This document shows positions 36,520 to 50,759 of a stretch of DNA of 64,000 bases, one piece after another. The position numbers and the translations under genes were made by a program. Source of the DNA: Camelus ferus. Lineage: Eukaryota. Numbering within the stretch: position 1 is the stretch's first letter; every line of letters starts with the position of its first letter. The notes under the pieces were generated by a model, which did not search any database, was not told where the DNA came from, and saw nothing but the letters and a program-made list of their open reading frames with translations. The stretch is taken from NCBI RefSeq assembly GCF_009834535.1, contig NC_045697.1:107138001-107202000 (forward strand), written 5' to 3'.

Positions 36520-39055
36520 CTTCTCTTTTCTTTTTCAACAAGATACAGCACATTCCTAGGTTTCCTCCTACTTAGTAGTTGCTTCTTCATTGTCTTCCTA
36601 CTGCTTCCTTCTTGTACTACCTCTAAATTTTGTAGTGTCCCAGAGCACAGTTCTAAATTGTTTCCTCTATCTAAATTAATTTTCATATGTCCTATGACCT
36701 TTAAATCTCACCTGCATGCTGCTGATTCCTATCATCTCTAACCCTAAACTTGCTTCCCTGTATTTCCAACTCATACAATCCAACTGAAATCCTAACTTGG
36801 CTACCCAATGGGCATTTCAAATTTACTATTTCCAAAACAGAACTCTTGATTCTACCTACCCACTGTCAATAAAAATCTCTTCTCCTATCCCTACCTCATC
36901 TTTTCATACTTCAATAAATAGCACTTGGGGCCCCCTAAATAAGCCCGAAGATTAATTCTTGGTTTATCTTTCCCTCACCTACAAATTCAATTCATGACGC
37001 CACGTTCTACTGCTTTAACTCTTAATTATATCACATATCTGTCTATCTCCGTCACCACTGCTATCACATCAGTCTAAGCTACCTTCACCTCTTGCCTAAA
37101 AAATTTCAGTGGTATCTTCATTGATGTATCTGCTTCCATTCTTGTCCCATACCCTGATCCTATCACCATTCATTCTTTTAAAAACGTAAGTCATGATATA
37201 CAGAAAACTGGATATCCACATGCAAAAGAAGGATGGGCCCTTACCTTATATGATGTACAAAAACTGACTCAAATGGATTAAAGATTTAAATGTAATACAA
37301 CTATAAAACTCTTAGAAGAAAACATAGGGGAAAAGCTTCATAACCTCTGATTTGGCAATGATTTCTTGGATATGACACCAAGAAAACACAAAAGAAAAAA
37401 AGTCACTGAATGACACCAAAATTTAAAACTTCCGTGTATCGACAAAGTGAGAAGGCAATCCACAGAACAGTAGAAAATATTTGCAAATCATATGCCTGTT
37501 AAGGCATTAATATCCAAAATATATAAAGAACTCTTGCAACTCAGTAACAACAAAAATAAACAACCCAGTTCAACACTTGGCAAAGTATTGAATAGCTATT
37601 CAAGATATACAAATAGCTAATAAGCACAAAAAAAGAGGTTAAACATCACCAATAATTAAGAAAATTCAAATGAAAACCACAGTGAGATACGACACCTCAC
37701 ACTCATTGGGATGGCTAACATTAAAAAAAAAACAAAACAGAAAATTAGTGCTAGCAAAGATATGCAGAAATTGAAACCCTTGTGCACTATGAATGGGAAT
37801 GTAAAATTGTGCAGCCATAAAGAAAGCAGTATGGTAGTTCTTCAAAAAGTTAAAATATGATCCATATTTTGCATGAATCTTATTCTTACATGTGTCATAT
37901 GATCTAGCAATTCCACTTCTGGGTATATGGCCAAAAGAATAGAAAGCAGGGACTAGCAGCATGATTGACAAAAACCAGAAGTGGAAGCAACTCAGTGTCC
38001 GTTAATGTGTGAATAGATTAAATAAAATGTGGTATATAAATATGGTGGAATATTACTCAGCCTTAAAAAGGAAGGAAATTCTAAAGCATTCTACAACATG
38101 GAGGAACTGTGAAGACATTAAGCTAAGTGAAAAAAGCCATACATCAAAGGAGAAGTACTGTATGATTCCACTTGTATGAGATGCCTAGAGCAGTTAAGTT
38201 CATCAAGACAGAAAGTACAGTGGTGGTTGCCAGGGGCTGGCGGGGAGGGAGGAATGGGTAATTACTTAATGAGTAAAGAGTTCCAGTTAAGCAAGACGAA
38301 ATGAGTTCTGAAGATGAATGTTGATGATGGTTGCACAACAATGTGAAAGTACTTAATGCCACCCAGCTGCACATTTTGAAATGGTTAAGGTGGTAAGTTT
38401 TATATTATGTGCATTTCACCACAGTTAAAAATAAGTAAACTAAAACTTTAAAAATAAACACTTCAGTTAAATGTCACCATTAAACAACAAGACAAAATAT
38501 AAAACCCTAAGTCATACCATGCCATTCCTCTGTTTAAAACTCTTCAATGTATTCTTACTACTCATAGTTAAAATCAAATTTCTTACCATGGCTTACAGGG
38601 GTCTATGTGATCTGATATCTGAATACCTTTGACACTTTCAAACCTCACTCTCTCCCTTTCTCATTTTGCTTCAGCCCACTCTGGCCTTTTTTTTTGTTCA
38701 AATAATTTATAAACATCATTCTCACCTCAAGGCCTTTGTTCTCGGTATTCCCTCCCTTAAAATGTTGTGATCTAGATCTGGTTGGCTACTTCTCTTCATT
38801 CAAGTCAAGTGTCACTTCTTCACAAATCTCTAAACGATCTATATTGGCTGCCCTATAAACTTTTCCCTCTTCATTCTCATAACATTATCCTGCTTTGTTT
38901 TCTTCCAAGCATTTATTACTATCTGTTCATTAACTTGTGTATTATTTGTCTTCTCCTCCAAGACTGTAGAGTCTTATTCACAGCTACATCCTCGGACTCC
39001 ACAACAGGGCCTGGCGCATGAAATACAATCAATAAATAGGTACTAAATGAATTAC
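36520..39055 (+). mobile_element. L2 fragment split by an L1 insertion
   Basis: gggcatttcaaatttactatttccaaaacagaactcttgat before the L1. After it, cattcctctgtttaaaactcttcaatg.. runs to the L2 tail acagggcctggcgcatg..tcaataaatag..aatgaat. Confidence 0.75.
37195..38499 (+). mobile_element. L1 (L1MB-like) 3' portion
   Basis: gaaaactggatatccacatgcaaaagaa through the 3'UTR gatggttgcacaacaatgtgaaagtacttaatgccac..aaatggttaag. Degenerate TSD taaaaacgtaagtcat / taaaaccctaagtcat. Confidence 0.88.
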
Positions 39056-41539
39056 AGACAATGAGTGCCTAAACCACTCCCATTCTATTTTTTTGTCTTT
39101 TCTTTATATCCGAAATTTTAATTTTCATTAAGATCCAATCCAATCCTATTTCCTTCCAAGGAATATTCTGCATTTCTATCCCATAAAGGCTTTTATTTTG
39201 TATCAATCTTATACCTATATTATACTTGTTTATATAGTATCATAAAAATTCTATTTGATTGTTACGTATATTCTTCCATTTACCCTATCAGACCACAACT
39301 GATCAAGAAAGTATGTCTTTTACTTATTCTTCTTTTTCAAATCAACCATAACAACTAAGAGGTACTGTTCAGGTAGGCTGTACTCAACCATTATTTGATA
39401 AATGGATAGTCTGTGGTAATGTTTTAAAGTAAATATTCTCAAGTACCTAAATTTATGTAGGTAATTAAAAGCAAAACGCTATAGCTTTTTAGTTATACAA
39501 TTATATCAGAAATTTAAGTTTGGAACATTTTCACTGCATAATATAAACTGTAACTATCTAAACTTATTTATTTAAAAGAATATTAAAATGTGATTAGGAT
39601 GTACATAAAGTATGTAATAATATTTTCAAATAAGAAAGAACGCATATACATTTTTTCTTCATATTCACAAAATGCTTTTAAAATGCAATATTTCAGAATG
39701 CTCTGACTACATGCTTCCCATTTAAGTTAGACATACAAATATGACTTTTTCTTTATACCCAAAGAAATATAACTTTATATCCAAGGAAATATAACTATTT
39801 ATATTTTATATATTTTATAATAGTTATGTTTCTTTGCATATAAAGAAAAGACAAAAACATAGATTAAGAAAATATAAAGATGACTTTACAAATTAAGTGA
39901 TAAGTTATCTAAATGAGTAAAAAAATTATACTTTTGTACAAAATTTTCCATCTATGTGCATATTTACCTAAATATACAAATTATATAGTATTTAAAAACT
40001 GTAATTTTATCTAACAGCTGTGAAAACTATCCTTTCTAACAAAGAATTACAGATAAATTAAGTGTTTAATTATAACGAGCAGCCTCAAAATAGTAGGTTT
40101 TCTGTATAGTAAATTAAATCTCTAAATGTAAAGCACAAAATCATTCACATATTTTAATATTAAGAAGAAAAACTGTATAATTTATATCTACAGAGCAAAG
40201 AGAAAAAAAAATGCTTGTGTCAGCCTTAGGAAACAAACAGCCCTATCAAGTGACCAACTAGGAAAGATTCTCGCTAGCAGCTCAATAAATAATAGTAATG
40301 ATGACAACCATCTCCCATAACTACATTACAGCCCATTGTCCACATCTGATTATACTAGTCTAGACCTTGGGTAAGCACATACACACATTTTCACCGAGAG
40401 TTTTCCAATATTACTGCTGTTTCCTGGGCTTTCTGTGACCCCCATTAGTAGGAACTGTCAGATTTTCTCTACTAAACATCTTCACCACTGATGGGAAAGG
40501 GAACTTACCACTTTTCTGCACCCTAACAACTCAGAATATGGAAGAAACGTTTCTGAATTCGCAATCCTTCTAACATTGTAATTTCTTTAGAATTGACTAT
40601 AGAGAATACTCACAAACCAAATCTGAGAGAGAAAAACTGTTTCCGAAGTCTTTCTTCAGCAATATCACAACTAATAAAACCTCACTTCTCAGACTGTATT
40701 TCCATTTATTAACATAGTCTTTATTCTCATACTGCAGAATTATTACCTAACTCTTCACGTAACTATCGTTTTGCTCACATCTCTCCCCACCCACACCCAT
40801 ACATGGCATAGTCAATCTTTCAGTGTCACAAAAATCCTTAAACTGATCTCTCTCTACTCCTTTCTGAGGTAAAGCTCAGGTAACAACTCTGAATAAGAGC
40901 TGCAAAGACTCTAATATCATACAATACACAAGCCTGAAGCCTTAGAAACAACTGACCGACGACCAACAAAAGAGTATTTTTAAACAAACGTTTCAATATT
41001 CTTTAATAGGCTTCATATATATTCAAAGCCAATCTAGACCCTTCTCAGTTTAGACCCAGCCAAGGCGGTACCCATTTCCGGAAGTTAAGACTCTTTATCA
41101 GGAAGACTACAATGTATCCATCCACTTTACTAAAATTAGAAGGGCAGAGCAAATACTCCATAAAACTATTTCTTCCTGAAAATATAAGAATTCAGTAATT
41201 AATATAAATTTCAAATTTAACATAAATGTCACTGCCTAATATCATTTTACTTTTCCAAACTTATTTTGCACAATAATTCCTAGCTGAGCATTGTAGAACA
41301 GTAACTCATGATAGCAGGGAGGCTAGAATAGAAGCAGAAGGGTGGTTTGCAAGCTGGCATACTTTAGATGAAACAAATTCTTAGGACTAGGAAAGAATTT
41401 ATTCTCAAGAACGTATATATAAAGAGGGAGAGAAGACAGCTTTATACAAAAAAGTAAAAACAATGAACAAAACCACTCTGTTTACCCCTCACTTGGAATC
41501 CAGTTAGGATTTCTCTGTTACTGCCATCTTCTATTTTTC

Positions 41540-41840
41540 CAGGACCTGCCTCTGTCTCTGCCGCTTGTTGCATTTGCTTATCATTTCATAAGAAACCCAT
41601 GACCACCGTTTTTAAAACTGCAATGTCCTCTGCCCCACATTGTACCTATTCTATTTCTCTCCGCGTTTTAATTTTCTCATAGCACTAATCACTTTCTGAC
41701 CTAATACGAATATTTTAAATTTCTTCACTGTCTATAGCATAAGAGGGTAGGGATGTCTATTCTGTCCATTGCCGAATCCCCAGAGCCCAGAACGTGGACC
41801 AGCACATAGCAGGCACGCATAAATATATTTCAAACAAACG
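41540..41840 (+). mobile_element. L2 3' end
   Basis: gagggtagggatgtctattctgtccattgccgaatccccagagcccagaacgtggaccagcacatagcaggcacgcataaatatattt. Confidence 0.75.
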
Positions 41841-44800
41841 AAGAGAGCTGACTCTATCTTCATTTTTATTTTCACTTAACCCTACTCAAAATGCTTTCTT
41901 TCCTTCTTCGCCCACCTGTAATTTGTCTCCCTTTTGGCTATATTTATTCTCACTTAATATAGTAATTGATTCCACTTACATATAAAAAATTACAGTTTTT
42001 TAAAAAGCATAACTTTATGAAACTTCTGTACACATATAAGCATACTCTACAGGCATGCTGAATCCATACCACCTTTTTTCCATAAGTAACATACTTTGGC
42101 CTTGCTGAGAAAGCTCCAATGCAACGCCAAATAGTTTTAAAGCCCTTAAACCTGGAATTTAGCAGTTTTAGGGGATGAAAAACACAAATTAAATGAAGTA
42201 TCATTGTTTTACATCAATCACAAGTGAAGCAAGCCTAAAAACTAACCACAGAAAACTGAAATTAAGAGAAAAATAGAAGTGAAAAATAATTTGGCCATAT
42301 CACTGTTTTAAACCAAACACATGAAGAAATGAAATAAGAAAAATGTATTTATCCTAATTAAGGGGAGAAAATTCTAGTCTTCACTGATAAGCCATGAAAC
42401 TTACAAAAATAATAAACATTAATTTAACTAACCTAATCCCTAAAAAAGGGGACCAGCACATCGTTTCTAAACAACCCACAGAAACTTCTACATCTATTCA
42501 ATCCACACTAGAGATGACAGTCTCTCAACAAATCTTTGAAACACTGACTTCTTACTCCACCCCAAAAATGAGATCATATCCAAACAACTGTTTATAATGT
42601 TTAACTGGAGTTTTTCTATAAAGCACCTCAGCACACATTTAATTTTAAAATTTAACCAGAAAGCACATGGCTCTTTAAGAAACACTCCAGAGTTTCCAAG
42701 AGATGAATTCTACTTTGATTTAGGTTATGTCTTTGTTCAGTTCGGATAAGACTACATCCTAGGCACAATGTTTACTTAAGTGAAAAAAATATTTCTGTCT
42801 TCTACCAAAATATAACCCAGATACTGGCCAAGTAGGTCAGAATAAAATGAAATGTGTTTTGCCCTCTCTTCCTTCCTTCCTTCTCTCTCTTCACTCCCCT
42901 TACATTCATTCTTCTACACACTTATTCCACAGACATTTATTAGAAATCTGTGACATTTGGAGTGAAGGAAAATGCTGAAGCTACTAAATGAATGTTCAGA
43001 AAGCAGAAGTGCAATCTAAGCAGTTGAATTTTGAAGAGACAGACAAGTATATTAGTACTAGAAACATTATGTCTTTTATGAGGGCTATTTACATATTCGG
43101 ATACAAGTCTGAATTATTGCTGTAATAAGCAGATACTGACTATCCCCAGAGGATAATTAAGCAATGTGCCCAACAGTATGTAGGATAATCTGCCCTTTCT
43201 GTACTTTTCAAGGATGGGGAAACGAGAATCACAGTAGCAGATTTAAGAGTAAAATCCTAGGAGGCTATGGAAGTTCTCAAAATGTATTTTTAATAAACTA
43301 AAACTAACACTGTAAGCATAGGTCATCTTATATGTAGTTGTATATTTAACAAGTTATAGAAATTAAGATGAGAATTTAATCTTAGAATGTTTAACTAACA
43401 TTGTTCCTTGAAACTAGGTTCCACAGTCTACCACTTTCCTGATTTTTAACATCAAAAATTTTAAAACTTTGATCAGCCAATGGAAACATGTCTGTTTTTT
43501 ACTTTAAAATACAAATGATACAAATTAAGAAATTATGTAACAAAGACAGGATCCCTTGACATTTTAAGCTATAAAAATCTTACTTGAAGTGAATTTGTAC
43601 TGATGTTTAAAAATTTCAGAGTATAACAAAAATAGGATCACCTAAAAATACAAAATATCAAGGATAATCAATATTTATCAATTACATTGCTCCTTCTAAC
43701 ACAAGTCAAACAAGCGAAGTTACAAGACTTTGTCACGTTCATAGAGCACCTACCGTAATCACAGCTGTTTAGAACAACATCAGAGGCCTAAAATACTCTA
43801 AAAAATATTTGTTGGATGGATGGCAGGAAGGCTGGCAAGAAGAATGGTGGCTACCTAGCAGCTGGATCTCTTTCTTCTGGCAAAATTAAAACCCACCATA
43901 CTGAAATACTAACGTTTTTAGAAAAGATATAAACAAAACCATTAAGGAATACAGGAATAAGAAGAATGCAAAATATGAAATCTAAACCCCTTTATCCAAA
44001 TTTGAAAAAAATTTTTAAGGTTTACTGACAAAGAATTTAATTTAAAAATGTAAGCAACAATTCTACTGGAATTAGTTTAATTAAATTTATTTTTCAATTA
44101 AATAAATTTTTAAGGTGAAGGAAAAAGCAACTTATATAAAAAGAAATGAAGTTTACAAATAAATCAACCAAAGCCCTATATAACATAATGTTATATACCC
44201 ACCACATTTGAATTTAGAACAGACGTTCCTATTTCCTACTAATGTGGTGCCACAGCATCACAGAACATTCTGTAAGAAAGCTTTAAGATTGTCTAAAGAA
44301 TTTTAAACTATTTGAAGACACCTGTGTCTTTCAGTACGAAACTCTTTAGTTCAGTTATTTGCATATTTAAAAAGTAAACTGAGATAATGGTGATGAAAAT
44401 AATAATTAAATATATCACAAAATATCCATAAACAATGTTCTTATTCACAGAATGTCGGAAATTTAATTTTTTTAAATTTAAATCTTTTTAGTTTATACAT
44501 TTTACTTGTCTTGGTAAAAACTGGCAAAGAAATATCACTTGATTATGTCAGTGATTACTGATTATTTTTATAGGAATGTTGTTTACAAGAAAAATACCAA
44601 TAACTGAACTCAAAACTATCAAAACAATGTATTCACAAACAAAGTATTTCATCAATTAAATAGGTAAGTTAAGAGAAACATTTCTTCCAAACAACAATTA
44701 CTTATGTCTGACCTAAGTAATTGATTTGCTAATAGTACCCATCAAGTCTGATAAACCCTATGCTGTAGTCTCAGTCTGTAAAGGTCTACATGTTATTTAC

Positions 44801-45689
44801 ACTAATAAAACATTAATCAAGGACCAAATTTATAGCAGCTACTCTATAAATGAGGTCAAGGCAGGTCAGACTTACATAATAAGAAAGAAATAAAAAGGAA
44901 AAAAAAAAAAAAAGGTTGGCCTCTGCAGTAAAAAGAAAACCCTTATTACCTATTCTTCTTGCCCCTGGGATTAAGTCCAGTAGCCTGAACACTACAAATG
45001 CTTCACAAATCCGTCCATTGCTATGTAAACTCATTTAACCTCAATATATTAAATATTTATAAAAGGAAAGTCAAATCCACTGATTTAGAAAAATAAATCT
45101 CTAAATTGTTCCTTTAAAATATATTCTACCCTCTGAAGAAAGAGATAATGAAAATTACAAATACTACCAATATTTCACGAATGAATGTTAGTTCTCTTTA
45201 TACTACCGTTTATTTCTAACATTTACTTAAAAGACAAAGGTTAAATACTTTCTATAGGCTAAGCACAGAAGTAAAGAAAACAATTTCTAAACAAAGGAGG
45301 CTAATAAATCCAAATAGTTAAGATAAGCACATATAAGAAATCAGGGAAAAGGTACTATAAAGTCTCTAATCACAGCTGATATAAAAAACAAATAAGTTAT
45401 TCAAATAATTGTTTCCTCAATAAGAATAACAATCAGCTCTTCCAGATAAAATATTTGACAAGAACATGAAATTAATTACTTCACAAAATACAGACAAATT
45501 TTAATGTAAAATATTTATTTTATATATATGTATTTTCTTTTCTCTGGGTAATAATCTTCAAAATAACATCACTTGACTATTACCAAGATTGTATAAAATG
45601 AATTCCTGTTTAAGAAATACTATTTACATAAAATATATCAATAATTAAAATCAAACTATAAAAGCAATGTACTTATAGAGAAAATATCT

Positions 45690-45965
45690 TATCAATTAAA
45701 CACAAATATTTATTGAATTGGCAAGGCACTTCACTTGGAGCCCAGGATACAACCAAAAGCAAGACAGGGGCACTGCCCTCACAAAACATACACTTTACAA
45801 GGGATAACGAAGACAAATATGGGAGTAGAATAAAAAATGCAGGGAAACATATTTTAAGAAATGAGGTAAAAATAACCTGCGTAACAGGTTTCAAGGAAGA
45901 CTTCTCTGACAAGGTGACATCTGAATTGGGCCTTAAATCAGAATGAACCAGACATGTAAAGAGCT
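45690..45965 (-). mobile_element. L2 3' end
   Basis: caaatatttattgaatt..aggcact..caggatacaacc..tcaaggaagacttctctgacaaggtgacatctgaattgggcctta. Confidence 0.7.
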
Positions 45966-45974
45966 GGGGTTGGA

Positions 45975-46780
45975 TCTTCCAGCTATGGTGAAATAAAAAG
46001 GTCAACAAACCCTCTCCCACAAAAACAAGCACAGAATTGACAAATAACAATCATTTCAGGGTTCTGAAAACTGATCAAGGCAAACAAAAAAATCAATAAT
46101 AATCTTAGAAAAATTTGCTAACCACTGAGTAAGAACAAATGGAGTCCGTGGCAATCTTTTCTCGGAATGCACCACCCAAACACCAGAAGTGTGTTGTTTC
46201 ATCAGTCTACGGCTGCCGATGGAACCAGCAACCTCACTGCCAGAGACGGCTAACCAGATTTGGAAAAGAGGACAGAAAATGAAGAAAATGCATCCCAAGC
46301 TGAAAACTGGAAAAGCCAATTGCTATCCTAGACTGAGATTATATTTGTAGTTAGGGTGAGCAGAAGACCAGAGAATAAACCAGAAATTAAAGAGAGAGAC
46401 CCTAAAAATGAAGTAGCCATATTAAATATACATATATGTTAGATAACTTAGTAAGAATTTCACACATCCATGGCTGTCTGGGTCCCTGGGCACACATACA
46501 GTGCAGACTTGAAAAAGGTCAATGGGAAGCAAAAGCTAGGAATAAAAACTACCACAAATTTAAATGTGTCCATCAAGCCAAACCCAGATTTACTGGCCAT
46601 ACACGGTCAAAGGTTTCAGAAAGACTTCTTATCATTGATTTATTGACCTCAAAGCTATGGAGAAAAGGGGCAACCCCTTAAAAGCCAGACTAAGAAAAAT
46701 AAGAAGAAGATTCTTGAAAAAGCTAAGCAGCAACATTAAGAGCACTGTACCACATGAGAGACATATTCTGCATATTAAGC
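45975..46780 (+). mobile_element. Old L1 5' region (L1M4/L1MD-like)
   Basis: cttccagctatgg..aacaatcatttcagggttctgaaaactgatcaaggcaaac resembles an ancient L1 5' end. ORF1-like sequence resumes at ~49900-50260. Confidence 0.5.
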
Positions 46781-46799
46781 CCAAGCAAGTAACTTTTAA

Positions 46800-49425
46800 A
46801 AATCAACAAACAAAACCAAATCCAACAATTATAAAAAGAATTATATAACACAACTAAGCAAGAATTATCCCAGTTATGCAGACCTGGTTCAGCATTCCAA
46901 AGTCCATTAGTGTAATCCACCATACATAAATAAGCCAAAAAGAAAAGTCATGTGGTCATATCAATAGATACAGAAAAAGCATTTGACAAAATCCAATGCC
47001 CATTCATAACAAAATCTTTCAGTAAACTAAGAACAGAGGGAAACTTTCTCAACTTGATAAAAAATAGATACAAAAAGGCCAAAAGCTAACACTATTCTTA
47101 ATGTTGAGAAACTAGAAAATTTCCCATTAAGATAAGGAAAAGACAAGATAAGGAAAAGGATGTCCTCTCTTACCACTCTTTTTCAACATCATACATGAAG
47201 TCTGAGCTAAAGCAATATGACAAGAAAAGGAAATAAAAGGTATGAAGACTGGGAAGGAAGACAAAAGAAGGTCTTTGCTCACAGATGACATGATCATCTA
47301 TGTAGAAAAACCAAAACAACTGACAAAAAATGAATTCCTCCTGGAACTAATAAGTGATTATGTCAAGATTGCAGGATATGAGGTTAATATACAAAAGTCA
47401 ATTGCTACCTATATACCAGTACAGAATAAGTGAAATTTGAAATTAAAAATACAATACCATTTATATTAGCATCCCCCTCAAAAAATACTTTAAGTATAAA
47501 TCTAACAAAATATGTACAGTATCCATATGAAAGAAGTATAAAACTCAGGCAATGAAATAAAAAATTAAATACATGGAGAAATATTCCATGCTTATAGATA
47601 CGAAGACTCAATATTGTCAAGATGTCAGCTGGTCCCATTTTGGTCTGTGGATTCAATGCAATACAATTCAAAATTCAAGCACACTAGTTTGCTGGTATTG
47701 ACAAAACAATTTTACAGTTTATATGGAGCACCAAAATGTCCAGAATAGCCAATGTAATATTGAAGGAGAAGAACAAAGGTGGAAGACTGAGGTTACCCAA
47801 ATTCAAGTCTTACTCTAAAGCTACAGTAATCAAGACAGTGTGGAACTGGTTAAAAAAAACAGACAAACAGATTGATGGGACAAAACTGAGAACCTACAAA
47901 TAGATTCACATAAATACAGTCAGCTGATCTTTGACAAAGAAAGAGCAAAAACAATATACAATGGACTAATCATACTGTTTTTAATAAATAATGCTGCAAC
48001 AACTGGACATCTACATGTGAAAAAAAAATTAATCTAGGCATAGACCTTCCAGGCCTTTCAAAAATTTACTCAAAATGGGTAACAGACATAAACTGAAAAT
48101 GAAAAACCATAAAAATCCTAAAAGATAACACAAGAAAAAACCTAGATAACCTTGGGTATGGTAGTGACTTTTTAGATACACAACCAAAAACATGATCCAA
48201 AAAGTACATAATTGATCAGCTGGACTTCACTAAAGTTGAAAACTACTGCTCTGCAAAAGACAATGTCAAGAAAATTAGAAGACAAGACACAGACTGGGAG
48301 AAAATATTTGCAAAAGACACATCTGAAAAATGACTGTTACCTAAACTACAAAGAACTCTTAAAATTCACTAATAAAAAAACAAACAACCTCATTAAAAAA
48401 TGTGCCAAAGACCTGAACAGACACCTCACCAAAGAAGATATACAGATGGGAAATTAGCAAATGAAAATATGTTTCACATCATATGTTATCAGGGAAATGC
48501 AAACTAAAACAATAATAAGATACCAATACACACCTATCACAATAGCCAAAATCTGAAACACTGACAACACCGAATACTGGTGAGGATATGGAGCAATAGG
48601 AACTCTCATTCATTGCTGGTGTGAATGCATAATGATACAGTCAATGTGGAGGACAGTTTAGCAGTTTCTTACAAAACCAAACATACTCTTTCTATAAAAT
48701 CCAGCAATCACACTTCTTGGTATTTACCAAAAAAGGCTTAAAACTTATTTCCACACAAAAACATGTACCTGGATGTTTACAAAAGCTTTATTCATAACTG
48801 CCAAAACTTATAAGCAACCAAGATGTCCTTCAGTAAGTGAGTGGTTAAGTAAACCACAGTACATTTAGACAACAAAATATTATTCAGTGTTATAATGAAA
48901 TGAGCTATCAATCCATTAAAAGTCATGCATAACGGTAAGTATGTATTAGTAAGTGAAAGAAGCCAAACTGAAAAAGTTACATACTGTATGAGTTTCTGGA
49001 AAAGGCAAAACTGTGACTTTCTGGAAAAGGTAAAACTGTGGAGACAGTAAAAAGAGTAGTGGTTGCCAGCGTGTGGGAGGAGGTTGGGGTAAGTGATAAA
49101 GAGGCAGAGCACAGAAGATTTTTGGCACAGTGAAAATAATATAATAGCCTAAGGATGGAAACATGCCATAAACATTTTTCTAAACCCACAGAATGTACAT
49201 CAAGAGTGAGCCATAATGTAAACTACGGACTTTGAGTGATTATGATATATCAACACAGGTTCATCAGTTTTAACAAATATACCACTCTGGTGGTTATGCT
49301 GACAACAGGGGAGGCTACACATGTGTGAGGGCAGGGGCATATTTTCATATATGAAAAATTTCTGTAACTTCCCCTCAATTTTGCTGTGAATCTAAAACTA
49401 TTCTTAAGAAAAAAAAAGTCTTAAT
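46800..49425 (+). mobile_element. L1 (L1MC1-like) ORF2 RT region to 3' end, decayed
   Basis: tcatatcaatagatacagaaaaagcatttgacaaaatccaa and gctcacagatgacatgatc (RT FADD-like motif), with the L1MC-type 3'UTR taatgtaaactacggactttgagtgattatgat..caattttgctgtgaatctaaaact. Confidence 0.9.
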
Positions 49426-50319
49426 GAAAAAACAAAAGGAATAGAGAAGAAAATATAATCCCCCCAAAAAAGAAAAAATCAACAAGAAAATATGTTTTTA
49501 AAAAAATCAACAAGTAAAAGCAATTAACAAAAACCCATAGATACAAAGTAGAAAACCTGGAATCTAAAATTTCTATATTAAATGGTCATTTTTTTAAAAA
49601 TCCATTATATGTATATACCACAGTTCCTTTATCTACTCAGCTGTCTATGGATATTATGGTTGCTTCCATGCAGCAATTCAGATAAACCTGGAGAACATTA
49701 CATTAAGTGAAATAAGTCAAACATAGGACAGATACTCTACTTATTATATGCGAGCTAAAATAGTCAAAACCTTTAGAAGCAGAGAGTATAATGTGGTAAT
49801 CAAGGGCTGTGAGAGGTAAAGTGGGAGGTATTTATTAGTCAAAGGCTACGAAGTCCAAATGTAATGACAATAACTACACAGTGAATATAAATAATCACAA
49901 TCTGTTAAAAAGAACCAAATGGAAATTCTGTTAAAAAATAATCAACAAAGCCAAAAACCAAAAAACAACTTCCAAGTGGACTCACCAGCAAATTTGAGAT
50001 GGCAGAAGATAAAATGAAATCAGTGAACTTGCAGATATAGCAACAGAATTTATCAACTGAAGAATGAAGAGAAAAAGACTGAAGATGACAGGATAACATC
50101 AAACTACCAACTTATGTGTAATGGGAGTCCCAAAAGAATAGTCAAGATAAACAAACACAGAAATAGTTTATGCAGAAATAATGACTGAAAATTTTTATGA
50201 AAAGCTAATTCTACACATCCTAGAAGTTCAAAGAGCTCCATGCAAGAAAAACACCACCAAGCACTACCAAGGGTCTAGGGTTTTACTCTATTTGTAGGAT
50301 CTTCCCAATTTTTTTAGCA

Positions 50320-50610
50320 GTTTTAAAAAGTTAAACGCAGACTTCCCACTGAACCCAGCAATTCTACTCTCAGGTATATTTACCCAAGAGAAATGAAAAC
50401 ATATGTCCACAATGTCCACACAAAGCCTTGTACACAAATAATCATGGCAGCATTATTTATAATAGCCAAAAACAGAAAGCAATCCAAATGCTCACTGACG
50501 GCTGAAGGGATAAACAAAATGTGATATATCCATACAATGCAATACTATTAATCACTAAAAGGGAACAAAATTCTGATACATGCTATAATATGGATGAAAT
50601 CACAAGGAAT
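50320..50610 (+). mobile_element. L1 3' fragment (L1MB/ME-like)
   Basis: acccagcaattctactctcaggtatatttacccaagagaaatgaaaacatatgtccac..gataaacaaaatgtgatatatccatacaatg. Confidence 0.8.
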
Positions 50611-50759
50611 TATTATAAGAAGGGTTGGAGAAAGTAACCGTGATCTAAAAACAAAAATCACTGAAAAATAAATGGGAATTACTTGGGGACACATAGAGAC
50701 AGCAATGATGAAGAATGGTAAGTGATAATAGTCTTCAAAAGAGATTCAAAGATGAACAA

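Noticed and set aside
48993..49040. 25-bp tandem duplication (also a 16-bp one at ~34806-34838)
   Set aside because: Ordinary slippage duplications inside dead L1/MLT1 copies.
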